A DNA stretch of 63,999 nt, filler included, from Folioceros fuciformis (lineage: Eukaryota): NCBI GenBank assembly GCA_049999805.1. It is 15 parts of 15 records of this genome, joined end to end, with 100 filler letters (N's around TTAATTAATTAA, not from the genome) between each part and the next. Parts side by side here need not be neighbours in the genome. Positions count along the whole stretch, not along the records: positions 8,394 to 16,750 come from JBNGIO010002630.1; positions 16,851 to 18,874 come from JBNGIO010002633.1; positions 18,975 to 22,591 come from JBNGIO010002634.1; positions 22,692 to 31,360 come from JBNGIO010002635.1; 11 more parts are not named here. One strand, written 5' to 3'. The notes below the pieces were generated by a model. The model had not been told where the DNA came from. It did no database searches and saw nothing but the letters and a program-made list of their open reading frames with translations. A program made the position numbers and the translations under genes. Of the stretch, positions 12,390 through 25,775 are shown piece by piece (the stretch's first letter is position 1; each line of letters begins with the position of its first letter).

Positions 12390-12596
12390 GGAAGTCAGAA
12401 GCGTTGCACGGAATGTTGCTTTTACGGTGGGCAGGAAGGGATGCTCAATTCACGAATAATACTATTCCACGTTCCCGCTACTGCACGCATCGTGCAATGG
12501 TATAAAAACTGGACATGCGATCAGAGTTACATTTACATCTGTTCCTTATTTTTCAACTGTAAACAAATCGTTCAAGGATGCAGCTTTGGAGTTTTC

Positions 12597-13852
12597 CTAC
12601 TGGTTACGAGGTGGGGCATGTTTGGCAGCCTGTGCCTGTAACATTCCATCACGAACCTGATCCGCAATATCACGCACGGAACCTGGTCCATGAGGGATGA
12701 ACACGGTTGTGTTCTTGGACGAAGCTCCCACATCCTTCATGGTGTCGAAGTACTGAGTCAACAAAACCATATCGAGCACATCTTTCGTTGACGTCCCAGG
12801 CACATTGCTGGCGAAGCCCACAACGCTCTCCCTCAAACCCTCCACAATAGCCTGCCTCTGCCTGGCTACACCAAGTCCAGAAAGATACTTGGATTCGGCG
12901 TCTGCTTCTGCTCTCTTCACCAGAAGAATCTTCTCAGCTTCAGCCTTCTCTATAGCTGCGATCCTCATTCTGGAAGCTGCACACGGGGAGGGGGGAGGCA
13001 AGATGTTAGTGAGAATAATTCTCGCTTGGCCGAGAAAGAAGACCAGCAGGCAGGAAGAGAAGGCCACAGTACCTGCATTGATCTCATTCATAGCTCTCTT
13101 CACGGTCTCATCCGGTTCCACGTCAACAATGAGAGTCTGAACGATTTGATACCCGTAGGTTGCCATAGCCTGAAAACGAGAAATTATGAAGTTATAGGCA
13201 GGACTGCGCACAGTGACTACGTCTAACTAAAGGTGTTGAAAACTACATTCCCAAAAGTTGGCACTCACCTTCTCCAACTCCTCGTCGACTGCTTTGGCAA
13301 TTTCATTTTTCTGCTCGAAGACCTCATCCAAGTCCATTCTGGGCACGAAGGCTCTCACAACTGTCCAGACATGATCAAGTCATAAGATCGGGGAAAAATT
13401 AGCCATTCGTGCGGGGAGAGAAGCAAAGCTTGCTGGGTACTCTCACCATCGAAAACGTATGACTGGATTTGCTTTATGGGGTTTGAAAGCCTGTAGAAAG
13501 CCTCCTGCGCATGATCCTCTATCGCTTTGTACTGCACCGATGCTACGACTGTGACAAACACGTTATCCTGCACAGACACCCAGTGACGAAATCTACAGTC
13601 TCTCGTGCATCAACTCCGGATCCGGGTCCTATTCAACACTCAAATCACATCATGAGCACAGACCTTGGTCTTAGTCTCGCAGTGCACATCCAATTGCTGC
13701 ACTCTGAGCGAAAGTATGCCGGCTATGCGGTTGCCAGACAGCCAATTCACATAGTGGATGCCAGGTTCTACGATTTGGTCAAATTTTCCCCAGGTTTCCT
13801 TGATGGCAAGGGTGGATTGCTCCACCTGCACACAGCAGAATAGGTTGCCCAT
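12597..13852 (-). CDS. HIR: Hypersensitive-induced response protein (SPFH/Band-7 family), multi-exon
   Basis: N-terminus [85 protein letters not shown] introns. Confidence 0.96.
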
Positions 13853-14559
13853 GGATTCCAAGCTGTACCCACCTACAATAGCGGATACTCCGACATCAGT
13901 GTGCAATCCACTCAGAGAACAGCAAACACTATCCAGATTTCAGTGGTATGTACCACAATCTCACCAGACGGTGCAAGATGCAGCCGATTACACCGAGGTG
14001 CAAAGGGTCCAAGTCAGGCCGCGGCACTAGTTGGACTCTCCTCCATGTCAGCCACACAGCGTGTCCAGATTTGTCTTGCAGGCTCAATTGCTCAAAGGTA
14101 GCCGTATCTTTTAAGGAAGATACAACTGTCCACACACGATAATTACTTCCACCGGCGGAATTACTTGCTCCGGCGGAGGTATTTTAGCAAGGTTTCGAGT
14201 TCCGGGTCCTGAGACTCCAGAAAGGGGAACAAGAATTGTATTGAAGTCCACTTTCCGTCTTTTCAAGTCTCCTACTACTAATAAGGACGAACTTTTTCCT
14301 CATAGGACTTGGTACCTTAATAATTCGTACCTACGTATATTCAGCTAGTTACATCCAGGTATCCTTTCCTTTTCTCAATCCCATCTAAGGGAATAAGAGT
14401 ATTTTCTATGATTGAAAAAGAGATGGAAAGTCCTATCTACTTTGGATTGGAGGAACAACCCATTAGGGCCAAAGGCAAAAAAAAGGTACTCTCCCCTGCG
14501 AATATCATTTTCAAAAACTACCTACTGCTCCCAAAATGCCATGAATGTCATGATGTGGA

Positions 14560-16750
14560 ATAACAAAAGGCCTACCTACCACCGTTGCCGAAGAAGCCGC
14601 TTGACTTGCATTTGTTGCTATTTTAAAAACTGCATTGGCCAATGCTCATTGCAAAGCAATGGATACACGTTGTTGAAAGAAGGCCACCACAGAGGAAAGA
14701 GGGAGAACACCATTCCTATTGCTCTGATAAACCTTGGCGCACTCCTTGATAAACCTTGAAAAGTCTTTGCCCATAGCTCCATGAGTCTCAAGAACAAGGG
14801 GGATGAAAGTATGCTCGTCTTGCAAGGAAGCATACTTATGGACTTTGGCACTTGCACAACCCTCTGCTGCCTAACCAGGGGGGTTGATGATGACGTGCTC
14901 ACAAATCGAATCCCTAGTGGGATCCGTAACAACCACATCAGCAATACAAACCTGTTCTCCCCTAGTGCAGGAAAGGTTGGCTTTAAGTGAAACCCCATTG
15001 CGCAAAGAATATGGACACTCCCTATATGGAAGAAACCCACACTCCCTAGCCATTGAGAACATGACATCTCGAACTGCATCACGAGTGGCAATGCGGTGCC
15101 CCCCAACGGGACAACGTGCCAAATGGGACTCTGTATCGACAATGGCAACCCCACAGCTGCATGTAGAGAGAGAAAAAGCCAAGGGGTGGGCCAAACCTAA
15201 GCGAAATCTCATCGCGGTGGCAAAATTGCTGGTGCGATTCGAAACGCCTGGATGCAAGGTCGAGCTAAAAGCCAAGAGCCCGCTCCTTTACCTGAAGAAA
15301 ATCGAATACGAGCTCGAGAAGACCTAGGGATGGATGAGTCTGAAAGAAGGGCTCTTAGTGCTTGGCCATATTGCTTTTCTAGGAGGGAGGCTTGGAGACC
15401 CTTCAACCCTTCCCTAGAAAAGGAGGTGAAAGAAGTTAGAGCCTCACGAGCCTCCAAAGGTAGAGGATCCCTCGCTTGCCTAAGAGATACATGTAAAGGG
15501 AAAACACCCTCCTCAACACCTGAAATAAAACTTTCAAGAACAGAGAATCTTGTAGCGAAAAACGAGAGGCCAAAATTGGAGCTGAGAGGGCCCAGCTGCC
15601 GAGAAAGGCAGCTAGGGCAGAGGCCTCCATGGCCAAAAGACCAACCCCTCCAAAGGCGATTGGCAAAGAAGCCTGCTTCCGAACCAAATCACCGACAGCA
15701 CACTCGAAGGTGCCCGGACCTATGATGTTCCCAAGAGCCTGCATAACTTGATTATCAAACTTCCTGAGACTTGATAAGAAAAATGGAGAAGGCGCAATAG
15801 TTCTAGTGAGGTAACCTGGTCGTCGTGCAAAACAAGAAGAAAGGATACCAAACGCAATATGAGGATCACCGATTTGTGAGAGGTCCATGATATGAGCCAA
15901 ATCTTCATCCACAAACCTATGAACAAAATTAGGAGGTCCCACAGGCAAACCCAAGACTCGAAGTCCTTGCGAGGGGGTGATATCCCCCTCCCCCCAAATA
16001 TTGAAGGGGGGGGAGTGATGCTCGAAGGGACCAAACCCTGCATTTAGATAGCTTGACCCGCAACCCCACCTTGGAGAGCTCTGATGAGAAGAAATCAAAT
16101 GCTGCTTTGACTGTGACTCCTTGCCCAAGAATATGAGTGTCATCAGCCACGGAAGGGAAAAGGCATTCCCGAAATGCTAAGGCACTAGAAAACAACGCAC
16201 GAAAATGCGCCATTGCAGAAAGAGCACCCCCAGCGGATCCCCTTGCCTTGTGCCTGTTGCTGAATAAAAAACTGAGACCCCCTCAATAGTCGAGCCGTGT
16301 TGGTAGTAGAGCTTGGATGGCGAGCCATAGAAGGAGCGAACAAAAGGGATAAGACTTGCCAATTGACTTCCTGCACTCTTGAGTTCCGAGAAGATGGCGA
16401 CCCTAGAGACGGTGTTGAAAGCTTTCTCAATATCAACCTGCAAAGCTACCCAGTGAGGATGTAACTCAAGGGTAGCCTGGATGCCGAGAGCGGCAGATTC
16501 ACACCCACCTGGGGTAGCAATCCCAAATTGGTGGGGTGCAAGATGCGCTTGGAAGTACTCTCGAAGTTGAATTGCGATACTTCGGCTAATTAGGCGCAAA
16601 AATACCTCCCCCACAGCGATAGGGCGCACTCCTGAGGTGGGCTTTTCCAATGTAGGTAGCCTACTAGCCACCAAAACTTAAGAGATTCGATTGGGAACTT
16701 CGTCCCTAGCCATAGCAGCTGCTAGTGTATAAAGCTCCGAAAAACCACTT
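14560..16750 (-). mobile_element. CRE-like non-LTR retrotransposon (RT plus C-terminal CCHC and restriction-like endonuclease), frameshifted, 5' end lost at the gap
   Basis: GVRPIAVGEVFLRL, LAPHQFGI...GGCE, DIEKAFN, GTRQGDPLG, ADDTHI, LRVLGLPVG, LPIAFGGVGL. Then CSCG-x-HLARC, RDAVRD, ADVVV, FIPLVLETHG. Confidence 0.85.
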
Positions 16751-16850
16751 NNNNNNNNNNNNNNNNNNNNNNNNNNNNNNNNNNNNNNNNNNNNTTAATT
16801 AATTAANNNNNNNNNNNNNNNNNNNNNNNNNNNNNNNNNNNNNNNNNNNN

Positions 16851-18770
16851 ATCCTTACCCAATGGAGTGCAGGATTAGGTTAGCCGACTTGCAGAAGGGA
16901 AAAGAGTCACAAGACAATCAAGTAAGTGATCAAGAAGACCATATTTTCAATGCTTCAACTGTGGGGAAGGTACATGAGTGGTCATGCAACAAGAACAAGA
17001 CCTCATACCTCGATTCTGGAGCTTCTCAACATTTCAGCTGCCACCGACTATGGATCTCCGGGTATGAAGAACTACTAGCAGGACACAAGGTGGTACTCGG
17101 CAACAATATGTTATACGAGATCAAAGGTAAATGTGTCATGAAAGTTCACTAACCTAAAAAAGTGCACAAAAGTATCGTCCATAATGTACATCACGTGCCC
17201 GCTCTTGCGCGAAATCTTCTCTCAGTAGCAAGAATTACTAACCCCAGTAACGAGATTGTGTTCAATTCTAAAGGTTGTCACATCCAACCTGAGCAATCAG
17301 AATCACCACATGTTAAGGTGCTTGCTCGTGGTGTTCGAGATGGCTATCTTTACAAGTTGCGTGCTTCTGTAGGAGATCAAATAGCTTGCACAATCGTGTC
17401 AGGATCACCTCAGAATGCAGGGTCAATTGATTTATGGCATCAACGTTTAGGACACACTGGGGTTGACAACATCAAGTTGATGAGGAACCAACATATGGTC
17501 AAAGGCTTGGATTTGAAGAAGATTTGTGAACCACAAGTATGCGAAGGATGCATAATGGGAAAGCTTCATAGATCCAAATTTCCAAAGATTGGAGTGCGTC
17601 GTGCATCAGCGGCGTTGGAGATTGTACACACTAATGTACATGGTCCAATAAAAAATCCTACACATGGAGGCGCATGTGATATTTTAGCCTTCGTGGATGA
17701 CTTCACAAGGCCTCTATTGTTGGACATATCTCCTTAAGGAAAAATCCGATGTGTTCAACATCTTTAAAATGTGGAAAGCATTAGTAGAAAATGAGTGGCA
17801 AACGCTTGAAAGCCCTTAGAAGTGACAATGGAGGGGAATATATTTCTTCTCAATTCAAAGGTTTCTACAAGGACAATGGCATTCGGAGACAACTCACAAT
17901 TCCTCACACCCCTCAGCAGAATGGTGTGGCAGAGCGCAAGCTAAGGAGCTTGGTGGAGGTGGCAAAATGCATGCTCCATCAAAGTAGGTTGGAGTTGCAT
18001 TTTTGGGGCGAGGCTCTTGTAACAGCAACTCATATATTAAATCGAGTCCCCACTGAAGGCTTACTTGGCAAGACTACGAAAGAAGCATGGTCTGGTGTAA
18101 AGCCCGATGTTAGTCATTTTAGGATTTTTGGTTCTGTGATATATGCTCATGTTCCGAAGCAAAACCTAACCAAATGGGATCCGAACGGCATTAAGTGTAT
18201 CATGCTTGGATATTCCGATGAGGTTAAGGGTTATTGGCTATACAATCTTACCGTAAGGAAGATCATCTTCAGCAGGGATGTCGTATTTCATGAGGTTGTC
18301 ACACCTCAAACATGAGTGGGAGCTTCCTCTGTTCCTCTCACATTTATCTCATAGGATCCCTACAAGTGCGCAGATGACTGCATAATGGATCCTCTTGCTA
18401 GTGACAACCTTGAGCGCCCTGGTCCGATGCTTATCCCAACTTCTCAACCTTGCAACATAGAGGGGGGAGAGAGAGACTCCTAATGTCACTACTGTTGAAG
18501 ACGCAAATGAAGTTTTGTGATGGGTCATCAAAGTTGGAGGCAAAGACGAGGATCATACTATCATAGAGACACAACCAGTTGTACCTAGATCAACTAGGTC
18601 AAGAAAGCCCTCACAAAAGTTTCTAGAATGAATCAATGGATTTCTAGAATGAATCAATGGATGCGCATATGAGGAGGCATGTTTTGTGGATGAGGGCGAA
18701 CCACGAAGCTTGCAGGAAGCCTTTGCAGGCCCGAAGGCGAAGGAATGGAAAGAAGCTATGGACAGTGAGC
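16851..18770 (+). mobile_element. Ty1/copia pol fragment (protease, pre-integrase, integrase, RT start)
   Basis: YLDSGASQH, LWHQRLGH, SDNGGEY, PQQNGVAER, SRDVVFHE, EPRSLQEA...WKEAMDSE. Confidence 0.93.
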
Positions 18771-18864
18771 CTATATATGTACACACAAACTATCTGTATT
18801 TGAGATAGCTTATATATGTACACACAATCTATTTGTATCTGAGATAGCCTATATATGTACACAC
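18768..18864. repeat. 39-bp minisatellite, 2.5 copies
   Basis: AGC(C/T)TATATATGTACACAC units start at 18768, 18807 and 18846. Confidence 0.9.
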
Positions 18865-19049
18865 GACAGTGAGCNNNNNNNNNNNNNNNNNNNNNNNNNN
18901 NNNNNNNNNNNNNNNNNNTTAATTAATTAANNNNNNNNNNNNNNNNNNNNNNNNNNNNNNNNNNNNNNNNNNNNTACCACTATTAACCCTTTTTCAACCA
19001 AAACAAACTACTACCCCAAAATTTGGAGGTTCGAACACACATGGCCAGA

Positions 19050-20460
19050 TCTTGGAGGCCAAGCCGGCCGGCAGGTGGCCTGGAGGATGGCCGGGCCAGC
19101 AGTTGTCGGCTAGCAGGGCCGGTCGGCTGGTCGAGGCTGGGCCAGACAGGGGCTGTAGTGGCTGCAGTGGCTGCAGATGGCTAGATCTGGGCTGCCCAAC
19201 AGGAGCTCGTAAGGAGCAGGCAGCCCAGCCCGGCCAGGCAACCAGGCGAGGCTGCCAAATCCAGGAGGAGGGCAGGATCAATCGGCAGGCCTGGCGTGGT
19301 GAGCTAGGCTTGGCCAGATCTGGGCCGGCAGGACACTCCGGGCATGGTAGGTCGGGGCCGAATTTGGAAGCCGGGGGGTGGCCTGGCTGCAGGATCCCGA
19401 GCACGGGTTGGCAGTGCAGGATGGCGGGATCCAGGCAAGCTGGCCTGGATCGTGGTGGACAGGCGGCCTGGGCTAAGCGGCTAGGGGGGTGTCGTGTGGC
19501 CAGCTAGCCGGATCCAAAAACAGGTGGTAGACAGGCGGCTTGCAAGGGTTGGCGAGCAGCCCGGCTGCTGAGGGTGGGCAAGGGCCCCAGCAGCGCAGAA
19601 ACTCGGCTGCAAGCAAGTAGCCAAGACCAACTGCACGTGGATCCAGGATGGTCGGGCCTGGGCAGGACTGGCGGATTGGGCTGGGGCCGACCTGGCTGCA
19701 GCTGAAGGTGGTCAAGCAGAGCAAAATCCAGACATGTCCGGCTGTTGGAGTCCAGCTGGGATGACCCAAGTCGGCCAACCAAGCCTTGGGTTGATCCAGG
19801 CTGTGCTTGCAATGCTGGCTGGCAAGTGAGGTTCAGGCTAGGCAGCCGCTAGCCAGCTACAGAGGTAGATCGGGATGTAGTAGGATGGCTAGCTGATATG
19901 GGGGCAGAGCACCAGGGGCTGGTTGGCTGGATGCATCTAGAGGCCCCTAGGGCGGTGCCGAGTTCAGCCTTCCAGGACGGCCCGGCTGGTTAACAAGGGA
20001 GTCTGTTACAAGGAGATGATCGCTGGAGACCGGGCTGGCATATCCAGGCGCTGGTCGACCTGGCGAGCAGGCTGGAGGCTGACGGATTCCGGAAAGCAGG
20101 AGGTCGGCCGAGCAGGCAGGGGGGCTGGGTTGATCCGCTAGCAGGGGTGGTTGCAGGCGGATCCAGGTAGGCACAGGTGCTCGGGGACGGCCAGGTCCAA
20201 AGGCAGGCTCCGATGGCATTGTGGAGGGGTGCTGAATTGGGCAGTGCTAAGCGGGGGCTGGTGCCCAAGGAAGAATACGGGCCACGGTAGCGACGTGTGC
20301 AATCGGAGAGGAGCGTCTTCAACTATGGCTTTGGGCAACGTGCAGTGCAGGGGTAGTTTTGCCGGGTCAGGGGTCTTGGCCAATAGAATGGAGGGAGGGA
20401 CCTGAAGGCGAAGGGGGGACTGAGGGAAAGGGATGATCTGATCCAAGGGAGGAGAGGAGG
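19050..20460. repeat. GC-rich, G-skewed non-coding repeat family member
   Basis: Dense GGCC/CCGG/CCWGG/GGATC words. The reverse complement of 20350-20460 resembles 34600-34690. Confidence 0.6.
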
Positions 20461-23174
20461 GTGTGGAGAAGCACGGATGATTTTTGATAGTTGTGAGAGG
20501 TTGGTGATTTTTGGTAGAGGGTAACCAGCAAGGGCAATTAAGTTTGGGTTAGGATTAGGTCTAAATACGGTTAGGAATAGGTCGGAGTTAGGTTTAGGGT
20601 TTTGTCAAGTGGGGTGTTTTGTCGGAGGCGTGTGGACCTGGTTAGGAAATGACAAGGTTCCTGGCCAAAGGGGTATAAGAGGCCAGGCCTGTCATTGAGG
20701 GAGGGGGTTTTTTTTTTGTGAGAGCTCCCTTGACCTTGAGTGCAGGCTGCTGGGTTAGAGTTTTAACCCAGTGTGTAGATGTGCCTCGGTCTTGCTTCCC
20801 CATGCCACTAGGGGAACATGGCGGCTCCCAAAATCGTCGAGATCTGGGTGGCCAGATCCGTAGGGGCTGATCTCCCTTGCATGCTGGTTGGGATACCTTG
20901 ACGTCCCTAAGGGGTTTCCAAAGCGACGGACTGCAGGGATGTGGGCCGAGGGGGCCATCTAGCCTGGGTCTGCACATCCCTGCCTCAAGGGCTGGAAGTG
21001 AAGGGCTGCTGTGTTTGAAATCGAGGGGTGAGCCGTGGTGGTGAAGGACTGAAGTGTTGGAGTGCTGGAGTAGAGAGCCGTTGTACTGGGGTGGGGAGCT
21101 TAGGTGCTGAAGATCTCAATCAGCTGCTGAGGTCACTGGCACTTAGGGCTGAGAGTGGAGGTCGAGGCCAAGGCTGGAACCTCCTCTCAGCTGCTGAGGT
21201 GGCTAATACCCAAAGCTAGGAGTAGGAGCTGAAGATGATGCTGAGCTCTCGTTCAGCTGGGGTGGTAGTTGGTATTGAAGACGAGGTTCTGATCTTTTGG
21301 TTCACTCCATTGGGAGCGAATCCTAGTACTACGAATATAACAAGGGGGAAGTGTGGCCCTTGGTGGTTCTTAGGTGTAGGTTCCACTCCACAGTTGTCAA
21401 GCTGGGGAGCTCCCCAACGGTGTTGCGTTCCAATTTGGCGAGGACTTGTTCAGGCACCGGCTCCAAACCTTCCCTGTGGCACTGTCCAGCAAGGGAGAGC
21501 AGTGCAAGGGGGGAAGGATGGGGCAAGGTGGCGATCCATCCAGACGTTGGGGCCAGTGCTGTAGAGCAGCCCATGCAGGTTTTATGAACGCACGTGTGTC
21601 CGAGCACTGAGAATGAGCTCCTCTCATCGCTTCCTAAGTATGTTGATGCAAGCACAGAGTTGGGCTCTCTGCGAGATCAAGACGCCGCAGTGGTTTTTGC
21701 TGAGGAATGCTTGCAAGCTGAGGCCTCCACGACCCCCATGGAGGGTCAGGATCAGGGTGGGGTGTGGTAGGGATCTGGTGGACATCAATATGGAAGAGCT
21801 CCGGGAGGATTTGTGCCGGTTCCTTAAGCAGGTCGGAAGCGAGGGTCTTGCTAGGGAGTACTACAAGCTGTGATCAGTTTGGGCTCGGGGATGTGGTAGA
21901 CCAGTTGGCTTGCACCGACGCAACTCTCCAAGCAAAAAGTTTGCAGGGTGAGTCAGGTTCTTCGGTTGGCAGTCTCACCGACAAACTCAAGAAGGAATCC
22001 GTGGAAGCAGTAGAGAGTGACGCCTTGGTGGGAGAGCAGGCTGTGTGCTCTGCTGAAGTGCAAAAGGCATGGCCTGAGGCACAAGACGAGATGCTTGCAG
22101 GCGGATCGGTGATAGACGAGTGTAAAAGATCCCTGGCTTTCGGCATGGAGAAGGAGATGTGGGCTTGCTCGGGCAGCGCTCCTGGCTCGCTTTATTTTTC
22201 TGGAGCCACACCGGAGCTTCCCTCCAGCGGTGTTGGTTCAAATGGCGCAGAGGCTATGTCTCCGTCGTCATCGCGCTGGGATTCAAAGCAAGAAGAACCA
22301 GGCACGGAGGGTGGCAAAGCCTTGGGGAGGAAATGTGTGGACGGGATGGATAGTTGGCCTAGCCGGCTAATTCAACAAGACCCTCTCGAGGATCAGGATG
22401 ATTGGTTTTGAGGGAGCGATTTGGTGAGGTTTCTGCAGGAACTGGGCTTGGGGGATGTGCGGAAGCGGTGCAAGTACCTCTCGTCGAGACAACTTGGGAG
22501 GACGAGAGCATGGTTGCAAGAACGGCTCTCGAGGCAGTGGTCCAGCCTGATGGGGGGGCCTTGGCGTCGGTGCAAACAGAACTATCACTCCNNNNNNNNN
22601 NNNNNNNNNNNNNNNNNNNNNNNNNNNNNNNNNNNTTAATTAATTAANNNNNNNNNNNNNNNNNNNNNNNNNNNNNNNNNNNNNNNNNNNNCGCCTCTAA
22701 GAATTACGACGAGGCATTTTTGCCTTTAAAACACTCTCTACTCATTTAGAAATTATGCAGCGGATTTCTATAAAGCATACTACTCGTAGGAAAAACTACA
22801 AAGGACATAATTCTAAGATTATGATCCCCTAGTATTGTAAATTTTCTATATCAATTTTGCATTGCTTAGGTAGTAAAAGGGAACTGTGCACAATTCCGAT
22901 TTTACCATCTAGGTGATAGCATAAGCATGTTAGCATATATCCAAGGATCTAAACATTGATACCATGTAAACTTTCCTAGAGCGGAGAGCGTTGGAGAGAA
23001 GAGACTTGGTCTCATGAAACAACAACAATACATTTAATTAAAGGAAAACGTCTTTCAGTACAAAATTGTAAATAACTAAGTGACATTTTATTCTTGGGGT
23101 TGGTTACTTGACCTAACTTATATGTTTAATTAAAGTCCAAGTAACGTGGTTATCAGGGGACCCTAACCGGGTTC

Positions 23175-25775
23175 AACACAGAGTGTACTTAGGTGATGAA
23201 CGTAATACTACTAGCCTGTAGATATAAGGACATGGTTCTTGTACGTTCAGGCTTAGTGATGGGTATGCCCTGACTCTGACAAAGGTTTTATATGTGCCCA
23301 GTATGGCCAAAAACCTTCTCTCACTAAGTAGACTGCTCAAGCTCAAAAGCTTCCAGCTGACAGCTGAAGAAGGCTCCTGTTGCTTCTCAAGAAAGGACTC
23401 ACCCTCCATATGTGTGTTCAAGGCTTTACCTAAACATGACCTTTACCGGCTTGACTTCACCTGCCTTGCTGGAGGAAAGCATCAAGCCCACTCTACAAGT
23501 GCAGGAAACCTCTCCGCCAAACAATAGTCCATGCGCTGGCATGCACGGCTTGGCCATTTGAATTGCAAAGCTTTAGCATCCCTCAGCAATAGTAGCTGCT
23601 ATCGTGAGCCCCTTCCTATTCACCTAAATGCACTTCCTCTCTGTGAGACATGTGCCCTTGCTAAGCAGAAGGAGCAACCCTTCCCAACAGGCCCAGCTCA
23701 CAGATCTTCCCAACCCCTGCAATTGGTGCAGGTTTCTTCACTTGGAGGAGCAGACTATTACTTCACCATTACAGACAATTGCACAAGGTATACATGGACG
23801 TTCTCCATGAAGAGGAAAATGAGACTTTCCCTCTGTTCCAAACCTGGCTGGCCACGGTGCAGTGCCAAACAAGCTGTCTCCTAAATATCTTTAGATCTGA
23901 CATTGGCACAAAATTCGTGAATCAGTCCTTCGAAACCCTCTTCACCACACAAGGAATCATCCACCAGTTAATCGTGCCTTATATGCAACAACAAAATGGC
24001 ATTATAGAATGGAAAAATCAAATCTTAATGAGCATGACTCGAGCGAAAGTTGTTGCATTGACTTTACGTACATCAACTAGACATGAAGACTACTTTCTTA
24101 AATGGGTCCTTAGAGGAGGAAATATACATGTCCAAGCTGGAAGGTTTTGTAGAAGATGTTAACAAAGTTTGTCCGTTACTAAAGACTTTTTATGGCTTGA
24201 AACAATTAAGCAAAGCTTGGAATGAAACTTTCCATGCCTTACTTATTGAGCTTGGATTTACATGTCTTGATGCTGACAATAGTATTTGTATCTTATGGGA
24301 TGACGCATATTTTCTTATTTTGACAGTTTATGTTGATGACAACTTTTTATTTTATACCTCTACTGCACTGATGGCCCAAATCAAGAGTGTTTCTCTTTCT
24401 CGCTTTAACATGTTCGACTTGGGCCAACTCATCTTTTCACTTGGCGTACAATTTCACTTCATTGAGGATAGGCATACTACCAAGATACATCAGGAGCATT
24501 TTGTGAATCAGCTTTTGCAGCGTTTCAATATGGCAGATGCACGTCCTGTTGCTACTCTTATGTCAATAGGAGATAAATTATCCAAGGAGCAATGCCCCTC
24601 AACACAAGTTGAAAAATATATCATGGCAACTCGCCCTTATAGGCAAGCTATGGGTAGCCTCATTTATCTTGCAGCATGGACACGTTTAGATATAGCTAGG
24701 GTTGTTAGTAGTGTTTCTCAATTTGAAGAAAATCCGGGGGAAGCTCATTTGACAACCATGAAGAGGATTTTAAGGTATCTGAAGGGCACCCCTAGATTTG
24801 CACTTACATACTCTAAGCAACCTGCTGGTTTGATGCTTACTTCATACTGCGATGCTGATTGGGCCGGAGACCCGGATAGTAGGAAGAGTGTTGCAGCCTA
24901 TTGCAATTTACTTGGTGGATCTGTGGTTTCCTGGTCAAGCAAGAAGTTGAGTCCCATTTGCTTATCTACGGAGGCCGAATATGAAGCTTTGTCACAAGCA
25001 GCGAGAGAAGTAATTTGGATACGTTCTTTCTTGAGAGGTATACAACAACTGCCATCAGGTGCTATAGTTTTATGGTGTGATAACCAATATGCTATTGCAC
25101 TCTCAAAGAACCCGGTTTTCCATACAAGGTCGAAGCATATTGAGATTATTCATCATTTCAAAAGACAGGCTGTTGATAGTGGCGAGGTGGAAGTTAGTTG
25201 TATTCTAACAAGTGACAATATTGCTGATTTGCTTACCAAGGCTCTAGCTTGAAATCTACATACCAAGCATACTTCAGCAGCTGTTCTCAAACTCATTGCA
25301 GCAGTGGCCAAGATTGGCACCGCACATTGATTTGGTATGTTGGTCAGCGTAGTGGATGAAGCTGTAACATTTGTGCTAGTCGTGCGCTACTCAACAACAA
25401 CACTAAGGCAAGAACCCTCTTTTGGAGCTTAAAGAGGGAGCAACATGTATGTTTTGGGTTTTAGTGTTATGGTTTACATTAGCCTTTTTTTCATATTTTC
25501 CTTACCCTGATTATTTCAACTAAGAGGGAGTAAAGGAAATTATGTTAGTTTAGGTTAGTTTCATAATCAGCTTATTAGTTAATTAAATATCCTAAAATAC
25601 GTATATACACTTTTTCTTTCTTTTGAACATAACGATAACCGATTTTCCTTTGTGCACCTCTTGTGCTCTCGTGCCCGTGCATTGCCATACTCACTTAATC
25701 CATAACTTGAAATAACCGTCCCAAATGGTTGCAAGCGTACCAGAGCCACCGAGTGTAAGAGTGTAGTGTTAAACA
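23175..25775 (+). mobile_element. Ty1/copia fragment with internal deletion (protease to integrase, RT, RNase H, PPT, 3' LTR)
   Basis: WHARLGH. The integrase joins RT directly near 24046. ORF 24083-25252 has YGLKQ, YVDD, DADWAGD, WCDNQ, RSKHI, ADLLTK. PPT AAGAGGGAG at 25522-25530 is followed by an LTR-like AT-rich segment ending ...AACA (~25775). Confidence 0.9.
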
